Below are positions 11,311-23,700 of a DNA stretch of 64,000 bases, piece after piece. The notes beneath the pieces were generated by a model. The model saw only the letters and a program-made list of their open reading frames with translations. It had not been told where the DNA came from and did not search any database. The stretch is from Amphiscolops sp. MND2022 (Eukaryota), in assembly GCA_964187785.1 (NCBI GenBank), contig OZ076409.1, positions 45,942,001 through 46,006,000 on the forward strand, in the 5' to 3' direction. Numbering within the stretch: position 1 is the first letter of the stretch; the number at the start of each line of letters is the position of its first letter. A program made the translations under genes and the position numbers.

Positions 11311-14120
11311 TGATAGAGACTTGAAAGTTGAACATTTCGTTTTTCCTTTGGTGCGGAGAGGCAGTTTCAAATGATGGTACACAAACAGAGTATGAGATGC
11401 AAGTGTGGACCCCGAGAATGACAGATAAAACAAACAAAGAAATGCTTGAATTGAAAAACAAATGATTGAAAAGATAGGGAAGATGATGAGAGAAATGACG
11501 AACAGCAAAAAATGCAATCAGACCCTATTGAGAGAAACAACGAACAACCTAGTTAAAAAATAGAAACTCTGAAACCTACCATTACAACGCACCAGGTCCT
11601 AGAGAACCAACTTACCACTCTGGAGCCAACATGGAAAACTGTCCTCCAAAATGGACACTCACTGAAACACAGAAAACACTCATCGAACGCTATCAAAACT
11701 CCGAAAAACACATAAACCATACAGCGCCCAAACAACAACTTTCATCATCGAAGGATCTAAACTACTACAGCCACGCCTCACCAAACGGGAGGAGACGAAA
11801 AACTGGCAGGATGCAACCCATCAACCAACAAAAATTGACAGTTTTTACACAACGTTCCGACTCACAGACCCATGACAATAAAGAAAACGAGTCTGAAAAC
11901 GTTCAAAATTTTGTAAGCATCTGAAAGAGAACAAACACCACAGCACTCGTTAACAGAACCTTTTTCAAAAAACAACACTCTACCTCTTCACAACTGAAAA
12001 CCCAACTGAATTTGCATCACCACAAAAATTGCCCTAGTAGATGATCGATCCCGAATCACCTTACCATCAACAAGGAAAAAGAGACATATTTCCAGCTGTT
12101 CTCTTGTCAACGAACAATATTTTAAAAAGTGAAAGGCATAGGTATAATTTTTCAATGGATTTTGAAAAACTTACACTTGACAGTTCAATAGATACCGGAG
12201 CTCTCGCAAGAGCCTTCTCAGAACAAGCTCAGCAAAATCAAAACATTAGCACCGGAAGCTATCTCTGACATATGTTCAGCTCCAATTTTAGAATATTATT
12301 GGCAGCTAACGGACCCTTATAAACACCAATTGGAACAGTCTGTCTGAGTTTTTTTTGGAGTAGCTTCAACGTAATGATAACCCTTTTGAATCTTGTTCTT
12401 GGACTTTGCTTCTCGAAACGAAATACCGCCATTTTATATTTCAGCCAGGGGTTTCAGACTTTTCGAGTTTATCAATGCAACTAAAACTAGAGCACATCCT
12501 TCAAACACAACAATCAACACCACCACTTCCAAAAGCAAAATACACAACCAGGCGAAACGTTACTTAATGCAAGCTTACATTACAATTAACAATTAATTAC
12601 CAATCGGGAAAAACAGTGAGTGCAACAAATATGTTGTAGTCTTATGTGGATTCTTCAACTCCATTATGATTCATGCGTTTCAAGAATTGAGAAAAGTGGA
12701 ATGAAGTAATTTTCTAGATTTTTTCACTAATACCGTGTGTAACTTGCGACGAATGCCACATCTTAGTTATCATGATGCAATTGGCATAGCAACGTCTTCC
12801 GCGCACCTTGGAAAACATGAAACAAACTTCCTAGTTTTATCTCTCAGTACAGTCAACAATAACATAGTGGATATCAAGTATTCAATTGTTTGAATTGCCA
12901 TAAACAACAACAACCAACACTCACCTACCTGAGTTCCGTGTTGGAACTGCCGGTCAATTTAAACTTGTCAAACCCTCAATTCTAACGTTCATCATGCTTC
13001 AAAGAACCGAATTCATAGTTGTGTAGCTCAATGAATTTCCTAAAGTAAACAACAAAGATCAAAAGAATCAGCAATTTTGAATCCCTGCACCTGAATAACC
13101 GGGTGTTCCGACCACATACACACCTATTTTAAAACGAATGTTTGACGAGCTATTGGAGCTATATTCCTTAGAACACCTCAACACACATGACAAAAAATGA
13201 CGTGCCGAATTCCTTGAACGCTTCAACTGGAGTGATACTACACTCATTCTTTTCGATAGCCAAAATTGCGAAGAAATTCCAAGGAAAATGTGATGTCTTC
13301 GCAAGACATAGGTTTGACCTCGGAGCCAACAGCGTAGAGTGTTCACAGTCATTCTTACGCAAACGATGATCGTAGAACTTCATTAGTACGGAACCATGTT
13401 TCATGGTACAACCCTACCTTTTTATAAGTACGCAAGTCCTATCTTTGCAAAAAGGCATAAAGTCGACCTCAGGGAGACTAAACAACCTAATCTCAGAAAA
13501 CTATGTAAATGATAACTGCCCATTTAGCGAACTTCCTGACGCAGCCTAAGTTTTCTGTAGAAAAGAAACTTCCCGTAAACTTGACTTTACACAAGCTTAC
13601 AACTGCTTGCAAATGGCAGACTAACAATCCAGTCAAATTTTTGCATTCTATTTGACAGTTACTCTTAACATACCGACAATTAGCACAAGGACTAAAAGTA
13701 GATGACATTGGATATGCAGCAAAGTTAGTCATAGAACTGTGTACAAACATTCGAGCGGTTTATGAATGCGTACGAAGTGCGGGACCAAATGTATCAATGT
13801 CAAAAAGACTACAAAGCTGTATCGAGTTTCTGAATTGTTATAGAAGTTAAATACCACGACTCTCCGATGAATCCCACCCTTCTTCAATTTTTTAATGGAA
13901 ACCAATGATTCTACATCGCTCTCCAATGATCTTACCACAAGTTTCGCACAACTCAACAAAATTCTCTTGCAGTCGTGCCAAATGGCACTAAAACAGCCAG
14001 TCAAAGACAAACAGCCTATTCTACTGTCGAATGCAAGCTTTACAGCTGCAAGATATGTCATCATGATCGATGCTGACCTTCCACAGAAAATACAATCTAA
14101 AGGAAAAACGTACGCATCAA
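11310..14120 (+). mobile_element. Heavily decayed Gypsy gag-pol relic
   Basis: RT remnants at 13200-13810 (DVFARHRFDLG; TLPFxKYASPIF; KLDFTQAYNCLQMAD; YRQLAQGL; VDDIG) and RNase H start (YVIMIDA...QSKGKTYA). 11390-11500 resembles 26505-26600. Many stops and frameshifts. Confidence 0.8.
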
Positions 14121-14249
14121 GAGCAATTGATTGATAAACTTGTAACACTACACAACTGAAAATTTCTATATCAGTCAAAGCGTTTATTGAGTTCAGACGA
14201 AGCTTTTCTGAGTGAATAATGTTGACTATGCTTGCATTTCAGTTAAAAG

Positions 14250-14930
14250 CGTACTTTATATGTTTACCATTTTCACACAGCTACAATACGTAAGTAACTA
14301 TGAATTGAATAAAATATGCGGTAACTTAGTACAGTAGTGCTTCACGTAAAACAGTACAAAAATCATTTTCAAGATCATGAGTGGGACTTTTCATGAACAT
14401 GACTCTTTAAATTTGTTCGTTCATGCTTGGGCAGTATAACGTGCAAAATAAAAATCAATTGATATCAAGTGACTCATACTGTACGTAACTAAACTTCGAC
14501 TGATGATCAATAATACGGTGGACACAACATAGTGCAAGCAAGAGCCAATAAGATAGCAGATTCACATACGTCGAGCAGGATTCAAATTATAACTATGAAG
14601 TCATGCTTAACTCTATTTAATCAATTGATGATGTAACGGTCCAACCTTTTCCATCCCTCTTTGATGCTCAAACTGTGAATCACTTCATATCAACTTCTAC
14701 TTCACTTCGCTACTTTGGTGAAATGTTTGGATTCCCGAAAGCTGTTCTCAACCTAAAACATGTATATTTTCTTCAACTCATTTGAAATTTTTCTCTCCAT
14801 CAAAACAACATTTTTTTCTAACCGAGGTTGGAAAAATAGAGAAACAAACAATATAGGCGAAAAGAATTAACCTCACTTGAGAAATAGATAAGTGCTTCGG
14901 AAGCAAAAGCATCACGGGGTAATGAAAACA
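14250..14930 (+). repeat. Diverged interspersed repeat, copy 2
   Basis: Colinear with 10520-11310 (same blocks). Confidence 0.6.
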
Positions 14931-15540
14931 TCAATGAGACTCTCAGTAAGTTGGAAAATGTTAGTTCAGTTATCTGCGGAGGAGCAGTTGTCACAGGCGG
15001 CCGCCAGTGATGGTAACATGAATTCTGTCTACCACAACTACCAACTTGCACTACACAACACTCGGGACCTAACTTAAAACTATTATAACAAATAAAACTG
15101 TTCACGATATTGCTATATAATTAAATATGTATATTATAGGCGGATGCTTCTATTATGTGCGTCTTTTTGTAAAAATTGAACATCAAAGCGCACAGGCAAA
15201 TGAAACGTGTTCAAATGTTTTCTTTCCTGTCACCTTGGACCTGGTATCAGTTTCTTTTTCGACTAATCAGAGCGCAGTATTGTTCTCGGTTAGTTGCTGA
15301 AACTTATCAAAATAAGCTCGTACGGCCAAATTAGCTGCTACGCCATTCTCGGCCTTCATGTACATATGTGCTGTTCATAGCTAAGTAAAGGACGTTATGT
15401 CCATTTAGACAGTGATTGGCCGCACCCTCATCAATCAATTACTGAGTTGTACTCTTTGTAGTGCTACGTGGAAACCCACCCTGATGTTTTAAAATTGTAG
15501 AAATTATTAACAAATATGAAGTTGGTCCATCGGATCAGTG

Positions 15541-15900
15541 TATGTATTTTGGCCTTTACGGCCAAAAAATACACATGCAGTGTTGATTACGCGTATGCGT
15601 TGCATCATCAGAACAGGTTTCTTCAATATTGCAGTGGATTTCGCTGACGGTAAATTTGGAACGCGTGCAGCGTATTCCACTAACAGACGCTGTTACGTGC
15701 AGTTGATTCCCTTTTTTGCAGATTTCCTCGCTGTTAATTCCGCTGCAATACATTGGAATCCACTATTAAGTACCTTAAACACACGGATCTTGCAGTGGAT
15801 TCCACTTAACACTGCCGTGGATTCCACTAAACGCTGCAGTGGACTCCACCATTGGCTGTAGTGGACTCCACTGCAATGTTTTAGTGGAGTTAAATGAGTT
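15541..15900. repeat. Array of short palindromes GTGGA(T/C/A)TCCAC plus a hairpin
   Basis: Hairpin tgtattttggcc-tttac-ggccaaaaaataca at about 15543-15573. About 8 palindromic cores, the last four at about 21-22-bp spacing (15792-15872). Confidence 0.7.
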
Positions 15901-16555
15901 CTTTCAAAAACCAACCTACACAAGTTATCAACCATCGAAAAGAAGTTGAGTTCATGTACTTCAGTGCCTAAAAGTTCTTCCGTTTTGTGTTCACTTTCGA
16001 AAATGAGATACGTTTTCAGAATCAGCAAGTGTCACGAAAAGAACGATTCAAAATCTCTTCATTTGGTTGAAAATTATCAATAGTGAGTTTTTGTCAATCG
16101 TTTCATTTTGATACTCGCACCGCTTTACCGCTTTAGTTACACTGTTATTTTTTTCATTCTTTGATTAAATTATAGGGACGTCAAAATTTCACACACAGCT
16201 CATGCGTGTATTTCAGGAAGAACTAGTTTTCATTTTTCATTTGCATCATGGTGGATACCAAAACTACAAATTGAACTACAAGACGAATGATGAATGAAAA
16301 TTAACCTATTGTTCTCAATCAACCCCTCAACTAGATTTAGGTGAAGAAGAACTTGCAAGGGCTCACTGAAATTCATATTCACGGTGTTTTGTATCGGTAT
16401 TATAAAAAAAACATTTGTATCTGTAGCAATACAATATAGTGAGTTAATACAAAATTGCTAGTGAAATTAAAATACAAGAAGTGAAAAATTGAAGGCCCAT
16501 TAACAAAAAGATGATTGTTTTGAAAACGGAAGGAGTGTTCTGACGATTCCATCAG

Positions 16556-16990
16556 TCAAATATCGGCTGGGAATCTGTAATCAAAACGGAGCTGCTCGAA
16601 TGGTAGAATATCCCGTGTAGCTCGAAACACTACAATCTTATCGCCAATTTGAAGCAACTCAATCACTGTGGGCTTAATGTTGGCGCCGTTTGATTTCAAC
16701 TGCGAGTGGTTGGCCAGGCGTCCAGGGCAGCGAATATTTGAGTGAAGAGGACATATCTCTTTGGAGGCATCAATGATTCTTTTAGAGGCAACACTTTTAA
16801 CTTCCAGAATGAACTCCTGCTCCACACCTTCTTTCTGGAGGACCTGGCGTAATGACACGTTCAAATACGCCAAGCCAAGGTAATCCACAAAATTATCATC
16901 CTTTGAAAAATTCTATGTGGCAATCACGCATCTCCCAAAGTTTCGACATTTTCGCTAAACACATTCCAGGCCACAGCTGCGTCTCACATC
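16556..16990 (-). pseudogene. SET domain lysine methyltransferase (PR-Set7/KMT5A-like, transposon-type variant)
   Basis: Reads QLWPGM / FGRCVIAT*NFSKDDNFVDYLG...FILEV...IIDASKEICPLHSNIRCPGRLANHSQLKSNGANIKP...IVVFRATRDILPFEQLRFDY. The RxxNHS and ExxxDY motifs are intact. One in-frame TAG at 16915-16913 and an upstream frameshift. Confidence 0.9.
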
Positions 16991-17129
16991 GTTGCGACAA
17001 CATAATTTGTTCTTCGTAGGACAAATAACGGGCAAGTCCAGCATACCGAAATCACTTGGTCTCAGGTACCTGCGAAGATTTTCTAAATTACTGGTTGTTA
17101 GAGAGAATCAAAACCTGCGCTTTCATTTT

Positions 17130-17579
17130 TTACACGTTCTGGTTCTCATCCTCCAGCGAAGTCCACTTTTCGAGCTGGAAAAATGCCGCCACTCTTGACC
17201 CAAGACAGTTAATAGCAACTTTTCCTGAAACGTGTTCAAAGTATAGCAAGGCCCTGGCTAACTGGTGAGTGTACTTTTGCTGGTCTTGGCGGGCGCGAAC
17301 AGCGTTTCTCACCTCGTCTTTGTCGAAACCTTCAACGTTCGAAAGAACCAGATTCATTTCATGTTTCAGTTTGGCCGTTTTGAAGCAGGGGTTATTGGAA
17401 AGTGGCTTCCGTTCCACGACTTTAGTTTTCATTGTATTTTGATCTTTTTCTTCTGCTTTTTTGCTTGAAACGAAAAGTTCCGCAACAGAATTAACGCGGA
17501 AGTCCGTTTTACCAATTAATTTAACAAAGACTAACTCTGCATTGATTGGACGTTTGTCGTACTTTTCGTATCGAACACA
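17130..17579 (-). pseudogene. Pre-SET linker ORF of the same gene
   Basis: Open frame 17579-17130 (…EVRNAVRARQDQQKY…RVAAFFQLEKWTS…) lies directly upstream of the SET remnant on the same strand. Confidence 0.5.
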
Positions 17580-19684
17580 TTACAAAACACAACTTTCATG
17601 AGCGTGAAAAGCTTATTAAAAATCCTCAAACGCTCCATAGGGGATTTTTCACTGGCCCCCAGTGTATTATTTTTTGTATTAATATTACCTATTTGTATGT
17701 TTCAAAATTTCTGGAAGCTTAAGGTATTTTAATAATTGGTAAAAACAGAGGTTTTTGTATCTACGTTATCATTAAACCTGATACGACTTATACAGATTTT
17801 TAATAAATTGGCAATGGCTAACTTGGTGTGGTTGGTAAGAGCAAATGGCTTAATTTGTGTAAAAAATACTTTCAATGCTTCAACAAGACTTACGGGTACT
17901 TTGTGAACTGTGCGTAATATTGATCCAATCGTGTGTTCCACACAGAGAATGAAGGCGTCGCTCAGTGCTCAGTGGATCTGTCACGATTTGCCCACCTGAG
18001 TGTACCGTGATATTCCGGATGAAACTTTCAAGCATAGGTGGTACCGCACAATCGAACAGGGTTGTGATTATGCGTCGAAAGGATTCCAACTTAGCTTTTC
18101 GTATGTTTAGTCGAAATGTTTTCGTACACGTTGTTGTCGAAGTAAGTAACTTTCGCGCATTTGGATTGGCTGTTACTTAAATTATCCTCACTGCACTGGG
18201 AGCCAAACGGACGCGTCTCGGGTGGCGCATTGAGCTGGAAGGACACCTTGGTCCGGGTTGCATTGCTCTGGGGTGGCACGTTCTGGTGAGGCAGTAAATT
18301 CCGTGATGGGGTCCCTGATGCAAGAGGTTCTCAGGCGGTAGTCAGATTTTGAGCATTCCGCAGTAAATTTTTAAGAGCGTCTATGGACGTGTGTTCAACC
18401 AAGTGCTCGATCGCATCGGTGTTCGACATTCTAGTTGCACTGAACAAACCCTATTCGTGGACCGATGGAATTGGCAAACAAGCTGGCTGACAATACAGGG
18501 ATGCGTCATCGAGAAAATCTGGTGGCCCATTCCAGTCGGTAGATCGTTGATGTGAGTTTTGCACAGACGTAGAAGTCTAGGGTGGACTCAAGAGATATTT
18601 GAAATTTTGTTAGGCATGCTGGAAATATTCATGAACCTAGGTGCACAAATCTTGACGGTGGATTTTGCTGAATGAATCAAAATTACGATGTGAAAAGAAA
18701 GGACTGTTTTGTTTTTAGCTGTTTTGATAAAGCGTTGTTTTACTAAATAGAAGAAGATTCGATTTGGGGGAATGTTATAGTCCCAAACATGTTTAGTTAT
18801 ATCCCCATTGTTATTTGAAGAACTCAGTGGAAGACACCCACGTTCTCGATGAGAATCCAAAAGACGACGAGGGAGTACAAGAGACTAGGAACATCGGGAA
18901 GAACCAAACCAAAAAGAACTAAAACACAAACACAGGAAATAGACTTTTCAACATTGATCCCGAAAACCAATGTTGCAAACAAATTAAAGTATATACCAAG
19001 TGGATTTGATTAGCATATGCAAATACATTAACAATGGATCCCACAAACAATTCTTTCCACATTTGCAAACCAATTCGAAAGGGGTACATTCAGTAACTTT
19101 TCAGTCCAGAATAGATTTAAATTTCTATTGCAGTGGATTTCGCTGTTTTGGAAGGTAATCTTCACCTTGCGCTATGTGGAATCGACTAACGTAATTCATT
19201 AAAAAATAGTGGGTTCCATAAACAAATGCTTGAACATTTGCAAACCATTTCAAAAGTAGTATATTCGGGGTATTTTCCAGGCTACTGGAAATCAGCAAAA
19301 TTTTAAAGATAACGAAGATCTTATATACGTTGTTCACTTCTGAACTAAACAGTTTGATATAAAAACAATAAGTTATAAAACTTTGTTCCAGACAGCTTCA
19401 GGTAGTTCACCATAGAGCATTTTTGTCACAGCTTGTTTTGCAATGTGGGCTTGTTGTGAAGACCTGCTTGTAGAACGCAATTTTCATGCTCAAAAAATCT
19501 TCAAAAGTGTCGCAGCTTGCACTGAGAGGTAGCAGGGTGTTTAAAAAGATCATAAAAATGAGGTCTGTAATTTTTTCAACAGACTTGATTTCAAGATTTT
19601 GTGATGGAGTAGTGGTCAAATATCTATGTAGATTTTAACATCAAGATTTCCAAACTTGTGACATCATCGATTGCGACTCCTAAC

Positions 19685-19933
19685 CTATAGCCAAGACGTT
19701 CTTCTCCTTTTGAAGGATGCTGTGGTCACGTTTAATCGTCTTCTGCATTAATTCGGGGAGTTGTGCCTGGTGTAAAGGTCCAATTGGCACTGCCTTGACT
19801 GTCCCCGTGGAGGCGTACACTGGTTCTTTTGGGTCGCGATAGGTCTTCTCTGGATCCCTTAATCCCAGTTGATGCAGATTGAAAGCTGGATACACATGGT
19901 AACAAAAGGCATTGACAATGATGAGTGGAGCGA
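19685..19933 (-). pseudogene. Exon of unknown domain within the JmjC-SET cassette
   Basis: Pyrimidine-rich acceptor cacttttctctttgaAG at 19935-19934, an open frame (APLIIVNAFCYHVYPAFNLHQLGLRDPEKTY...), and donor G|GTTAGG at 19684. Confidence 0.45.
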
Positions 19934-20229
19934 CTTCAAAGAGAAAAGTGCAAAGTTACGTTTTCTTTTGAAGAAATTACATTAAAATTGTTGAACGTTT
20001 TGAAACCAGAACCATTAAATTCCGTAGTTCACCACCCAGTCCGTGGAACAAATGAGTTCTTTTTTCTACATTATTAGTTCCCATTGATAATTAACAAACA
20101 TTTATTGCCATTTTGACGTCGTCGAGCTCACTGCTGATCTGTTCTTTCAGAAGAGTAAGGTGTTGGCTAGAGAAGTTGGGGCTCCATGATCATCTCAGGG
20201 AATTGAGTTTCCGCTGAAGTTGTCGTATT

Positions 20230-21345
20230 TTAAACTGTAACAGCATAAATACGAACAACTGCAGGAAACACTTCTTCTTCATTTAGTTCCTGCTGACTGG
20301 CCTTGAGTTGGCTATCGACAATCAGAGGGAAATGGGTGACAGCGAGGAAGTTGGAGGCAAAAGCAATGGAGTCCCCCCTTCGTCGCAACAATGTGTGGCC
20401 AGTGTGCAGCAAAAACCAGGATGTCGCCTGTTTCCACCACAAGTTTGTGGACCGCCCTGTCAGAGCATTCAGGTTCCCGAAGGAAGTTCGTCTAAAAAAA
20501 AACGAAATATTATACATTTGAACAAAACAACTGGTTCAATGATTTTGAATCATGTGCTTGATTGATTTTGTGCTCTTCTCAAAATGATACCTTGAGATGA
20601 ATATATTTTCAGTACATGCTCTGAGTACAAATACCTCATTGTGGGGATTTTGCTCCACTTCTCAATGAGCTGCAAATTAGCACTTGTCGGCTCCACTCGC
20701 CAGATCTTCACCCCATGGGCGACAGTATAAAAGGCAGTTGTGCTGGAGAAGTCGACATACGTCGTTTGAGACCAGCAAATAATTGGATGTAGCCTCAGTG
20801 AAAAACCCTGCTACATCCAAACACTCAGCTGCTAGGTGGTCAGCCACACAGTATCGGACAAAATCTGCTACTTGGTCAAACCGTTTTTTATATCACTCCA
20901 AATGTGAAAGGGACCGCCATATTTTCACCACTTGCTATAAAGGTTGAAAAACAGCCTTTTTTGAGAAATATATATTTTTAAAAGAGTCTCCGTGAAAAAC
21001 TTTGTTCAAAAGCTAAAACCGGACCCTAAGCAAAGATGAAAATATGCCTCCAAAGTCATTTTTTGTAACAAGCACTTCCAAAAATCAGAATAAAAGACGA
21101 TCATCTGCTGGAGTTTTGTAATGTTTCACTAAGTCGTTTCGGTATCTTTTCAATGCCACAATGGCTGACGTATTCGATATTGATTTGTTATCATCTATTT
21201 GATCCATCAAGAGTGGTCGCAGATCATTACTTTTCATCGGGTTGATCAAGAGTCAAGGGCTTATGATATATTCTTCAGGGTCTAGAATGACGGTAGATTT
21301 CATCATTTCGAGTACGTATTCAACAGTGATGAACATGAAACCCCC
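20230..21345 (-). pseudogene. JmjC histone demethylase domain (KDM2/KDM7-PHF8 family-like), spliced and degenerate
   Basis: Fragments in order: FITVEYV...MKSNDL...DLVKHYKTPADDR; NYLLVSN/(H>Y)VDFSSTTAFYTVAHGVKIWRVEPTSANLQLIEKWSK; GT-AG intron 20634-20492; TSFGNL/ECSDRAVHKLVVETGDILVFAAHWPHIVATKG/DSIAFASNFL...FP. This matches the KDM2/7 pattern YCLMS..HIDFGGTSVWYH..G.K...PT..NL.L...W...GWIHAV.T..D.LAFGGNFL. Frameshifts and stops present. Confidence 0.85.
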
Positions 21346-22804
21346 GACGCAAACCTTTTGCAGGCTAAAACTGCTGGAGACCACTTTTTTCCTAAAAACA
21401 GTTTCATTTTCTCTGCTTCGGGCGTCTGTTGACAATTGGCTTGCGGAAAAATGTCTATGAAGCTTCAATTTTGACCTCATTGCTTCCAATTGATGTCTAT
21501 CGCCGGTCCCGTTGATGAAATCCTCTTCATCTTTGACAATAACATAAAAATTCAAGATGTTTGAATGGGATTTCATTAGACTCTCTGCGTTTTCTTTCTC
21601 ATAAACCGCACCTTCCGTTTGGGAAATTCTATCTTTGAGGAGATCCTGTGTGAGCCACGGTTGGACGCACCTACAATTGTACATCTCAATCCTCTTAGAA
21701 GATCGCAAATTCTCTTTTTTCGCCAACAGCAAGGCAGAATACCGCCAGGGGATGTCTACAAATGTCTAGATAAGTTTTGGAACCCTCGAGAATCTCTTCA
21801 GTTGTGAGTGTTTCTCTTACATGTTCAATGACATTGGATTTTTTTCAGAAATTGTTGAAGAAATATCCAGGAACCGGCAAAACGAAAATGCAGTATCCAG
21901 AAATAGTGGATCTTGATTGTAAATGGAGCCACCGCCTCTCATGTTCCTGGATTGCAAATTTCTGGGCGCGTTGCAATTCAGTTTTTCCAAGCCTTCGCAG
22001 AGGTGATTCCATGGCTTCTCTATGTATCGGCTTTCAACTAGTTGGGCTATCAATGGAAGCTTGAGCTTGTATGGTGACAGCCCTTTCACCCAGAGAGAAG
22101 CAAATGGATTTGAAAGTATGTTTCTGCCAAGCGTTTGTGAGTGTCGAAATCAAATGTTCCCTTACATCTCAAGAGAATAGCACACTAGTTTAAACTTTGT
22201 CGTAGAAGCTCACAAGACGTCATACGTCATAAATTGACATATATCTCTCTTCGTTTCTCTGATTTATGGCGTCTCGTTTGTCAAAGAAATGTAGATGTAA
22301 AGACTTCAGTACTTTTGCAGCCCACAAGTTGTACCCATCCTCTTTTTCAAGAAGTATCTCGGTCGTCCAAACTCCGTCGTCCAATCTCCGTCATAAAGGT
22401 TCGTGATTGTTCCAAGTTGAGCACTTCTAAGTTATTCTGTTTCAGAAAAGACGGTCTTTCAGATTCGCAGCTGGTCAGATTTTTTTCAAAGCGCTGTATG
22501 CTTAAAGCTTCGTCGGGATGTTTTTCGTTAATTATCTTCTGAGCCACTCTTCTATTATCATTCTCAGTGTTACGCGTTATCATGTATGTAGCGTCTGGGC
22601 AGATTGTTCTGACATCGACTGTGCTTGATGATGCTTCTGTAGACACATGTTGTCTGAAAGGGATCTTCAAAGATGATTGTCTTCCACCGATATCTGAGCA
22701 GCAGGTGGGAGCAAATTTTCATCGCATACATTTATCGGAAGTTGTGAGGGATAAAAACTTGAACGTTCAGTTGAAATTCCAAGGACCAAACGCGTCAAGA
22801 ACGG

Positions 22805-23700
22805 CTACGGCCTGTCACAACTGTATGTAATTTCAACGCCCAACGCTTGTAGTTCTTCTGTCTGGCGGTATAGCCACCCAGATTCTTGGTTACTTAAGAT
22901 AGACGGGCCACAATTTTGTTCCATTGCATATCGACTATCGTTGCCACAAGAGGATGCAAAACAGAAGACAGCTTTGGATAATTGGCCGCTAACTGTGGTG
23001 TTAAAAATTCTGAATGCTAGACGCGTAACCTTAACCCCCCCCCCCAATTTCGCAACTGACATCCCAAATATCAATTTTAAGGCCTTCAAGATGCGTTTTT
23101 GCAGTGAAGATAATGATGCAAACGTCCCTGTTTTCAGTGAACTGACTCGAAATACAGAAGAGGTTCGCTCAGGCTCGCAAATTGTATCAAACATTTTCAT
23201 TATGAGGCTAATGGCTCTTTTGATGTGACGACGTGACAAAAATAGACTACCACTGCCTAAACCAACCGGAACTAGCATTTGTCGACTTGCATTGAGGATG
23301 ACTTCCTTGTTGCCTGTTTTCGTTTTGATCGAAAGGTCGTACCTAAAGCACTCGAAGGAGCCCCTGTCATCCAAAAGAGCCGTGAACAAGTCTTGAATGT
23401 GATTACCGCTTGCGCTCCTTTTCCGCCACGCGCTACGTTTCTCATACTGTTCTTTGGGAATTGTTGCTAATCCGTGAATAGGTATACCATGCATTGTAGC
23501 AAAATTCAAGACTCTGGTCCAAAAAGTTTTTTCAATTGTTCTGTGCCTTTTTTTGAGTTGCATTTGCGTAATATTCATATGTAACTTTTGCTGGTCTTGT
23601 TGAATACGACTCCGGTGTTTTCTGTAGCACTGCCTTTTCAGGGAATGTTAAATCAAGGGGTGTTTTTTCAACCACCTCATGATGAGAAGAAACTTCATTT
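22805..23700 (-). pseudogene. Putative tyrosine recombinase (Crypton-like), catalytically degenerate
   Basis: 257-aa ORF with YR-like motifs in the right order: SGN[H]IQDL..LLDD (box I R>H), IKTKTG (Lys hairpin), SLFLSR, TRLAFRIFNTT (second Arg), ASSCG[N]DSRYAMEQN[C] (box II H>N, Y>C). Each substitution is a single-base change from the canonical residue. Confidence 0.5.

Noticed and set aside
20303-20565. + strand ORFs, including AMESPLRR also seen in a minus frame at about 22010
   Set aside because: These are antisense shadows of the JmjC exon. The peptide match is on opposite strands with different codons and is treated as coincidence.
22805-23578. Prokaryotic integrative element or phage contamination
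   Set aside because: Neighbouring domains have spliceosomal introns and eukaryotic chromatin functions, and there is no operon or RBS structure.
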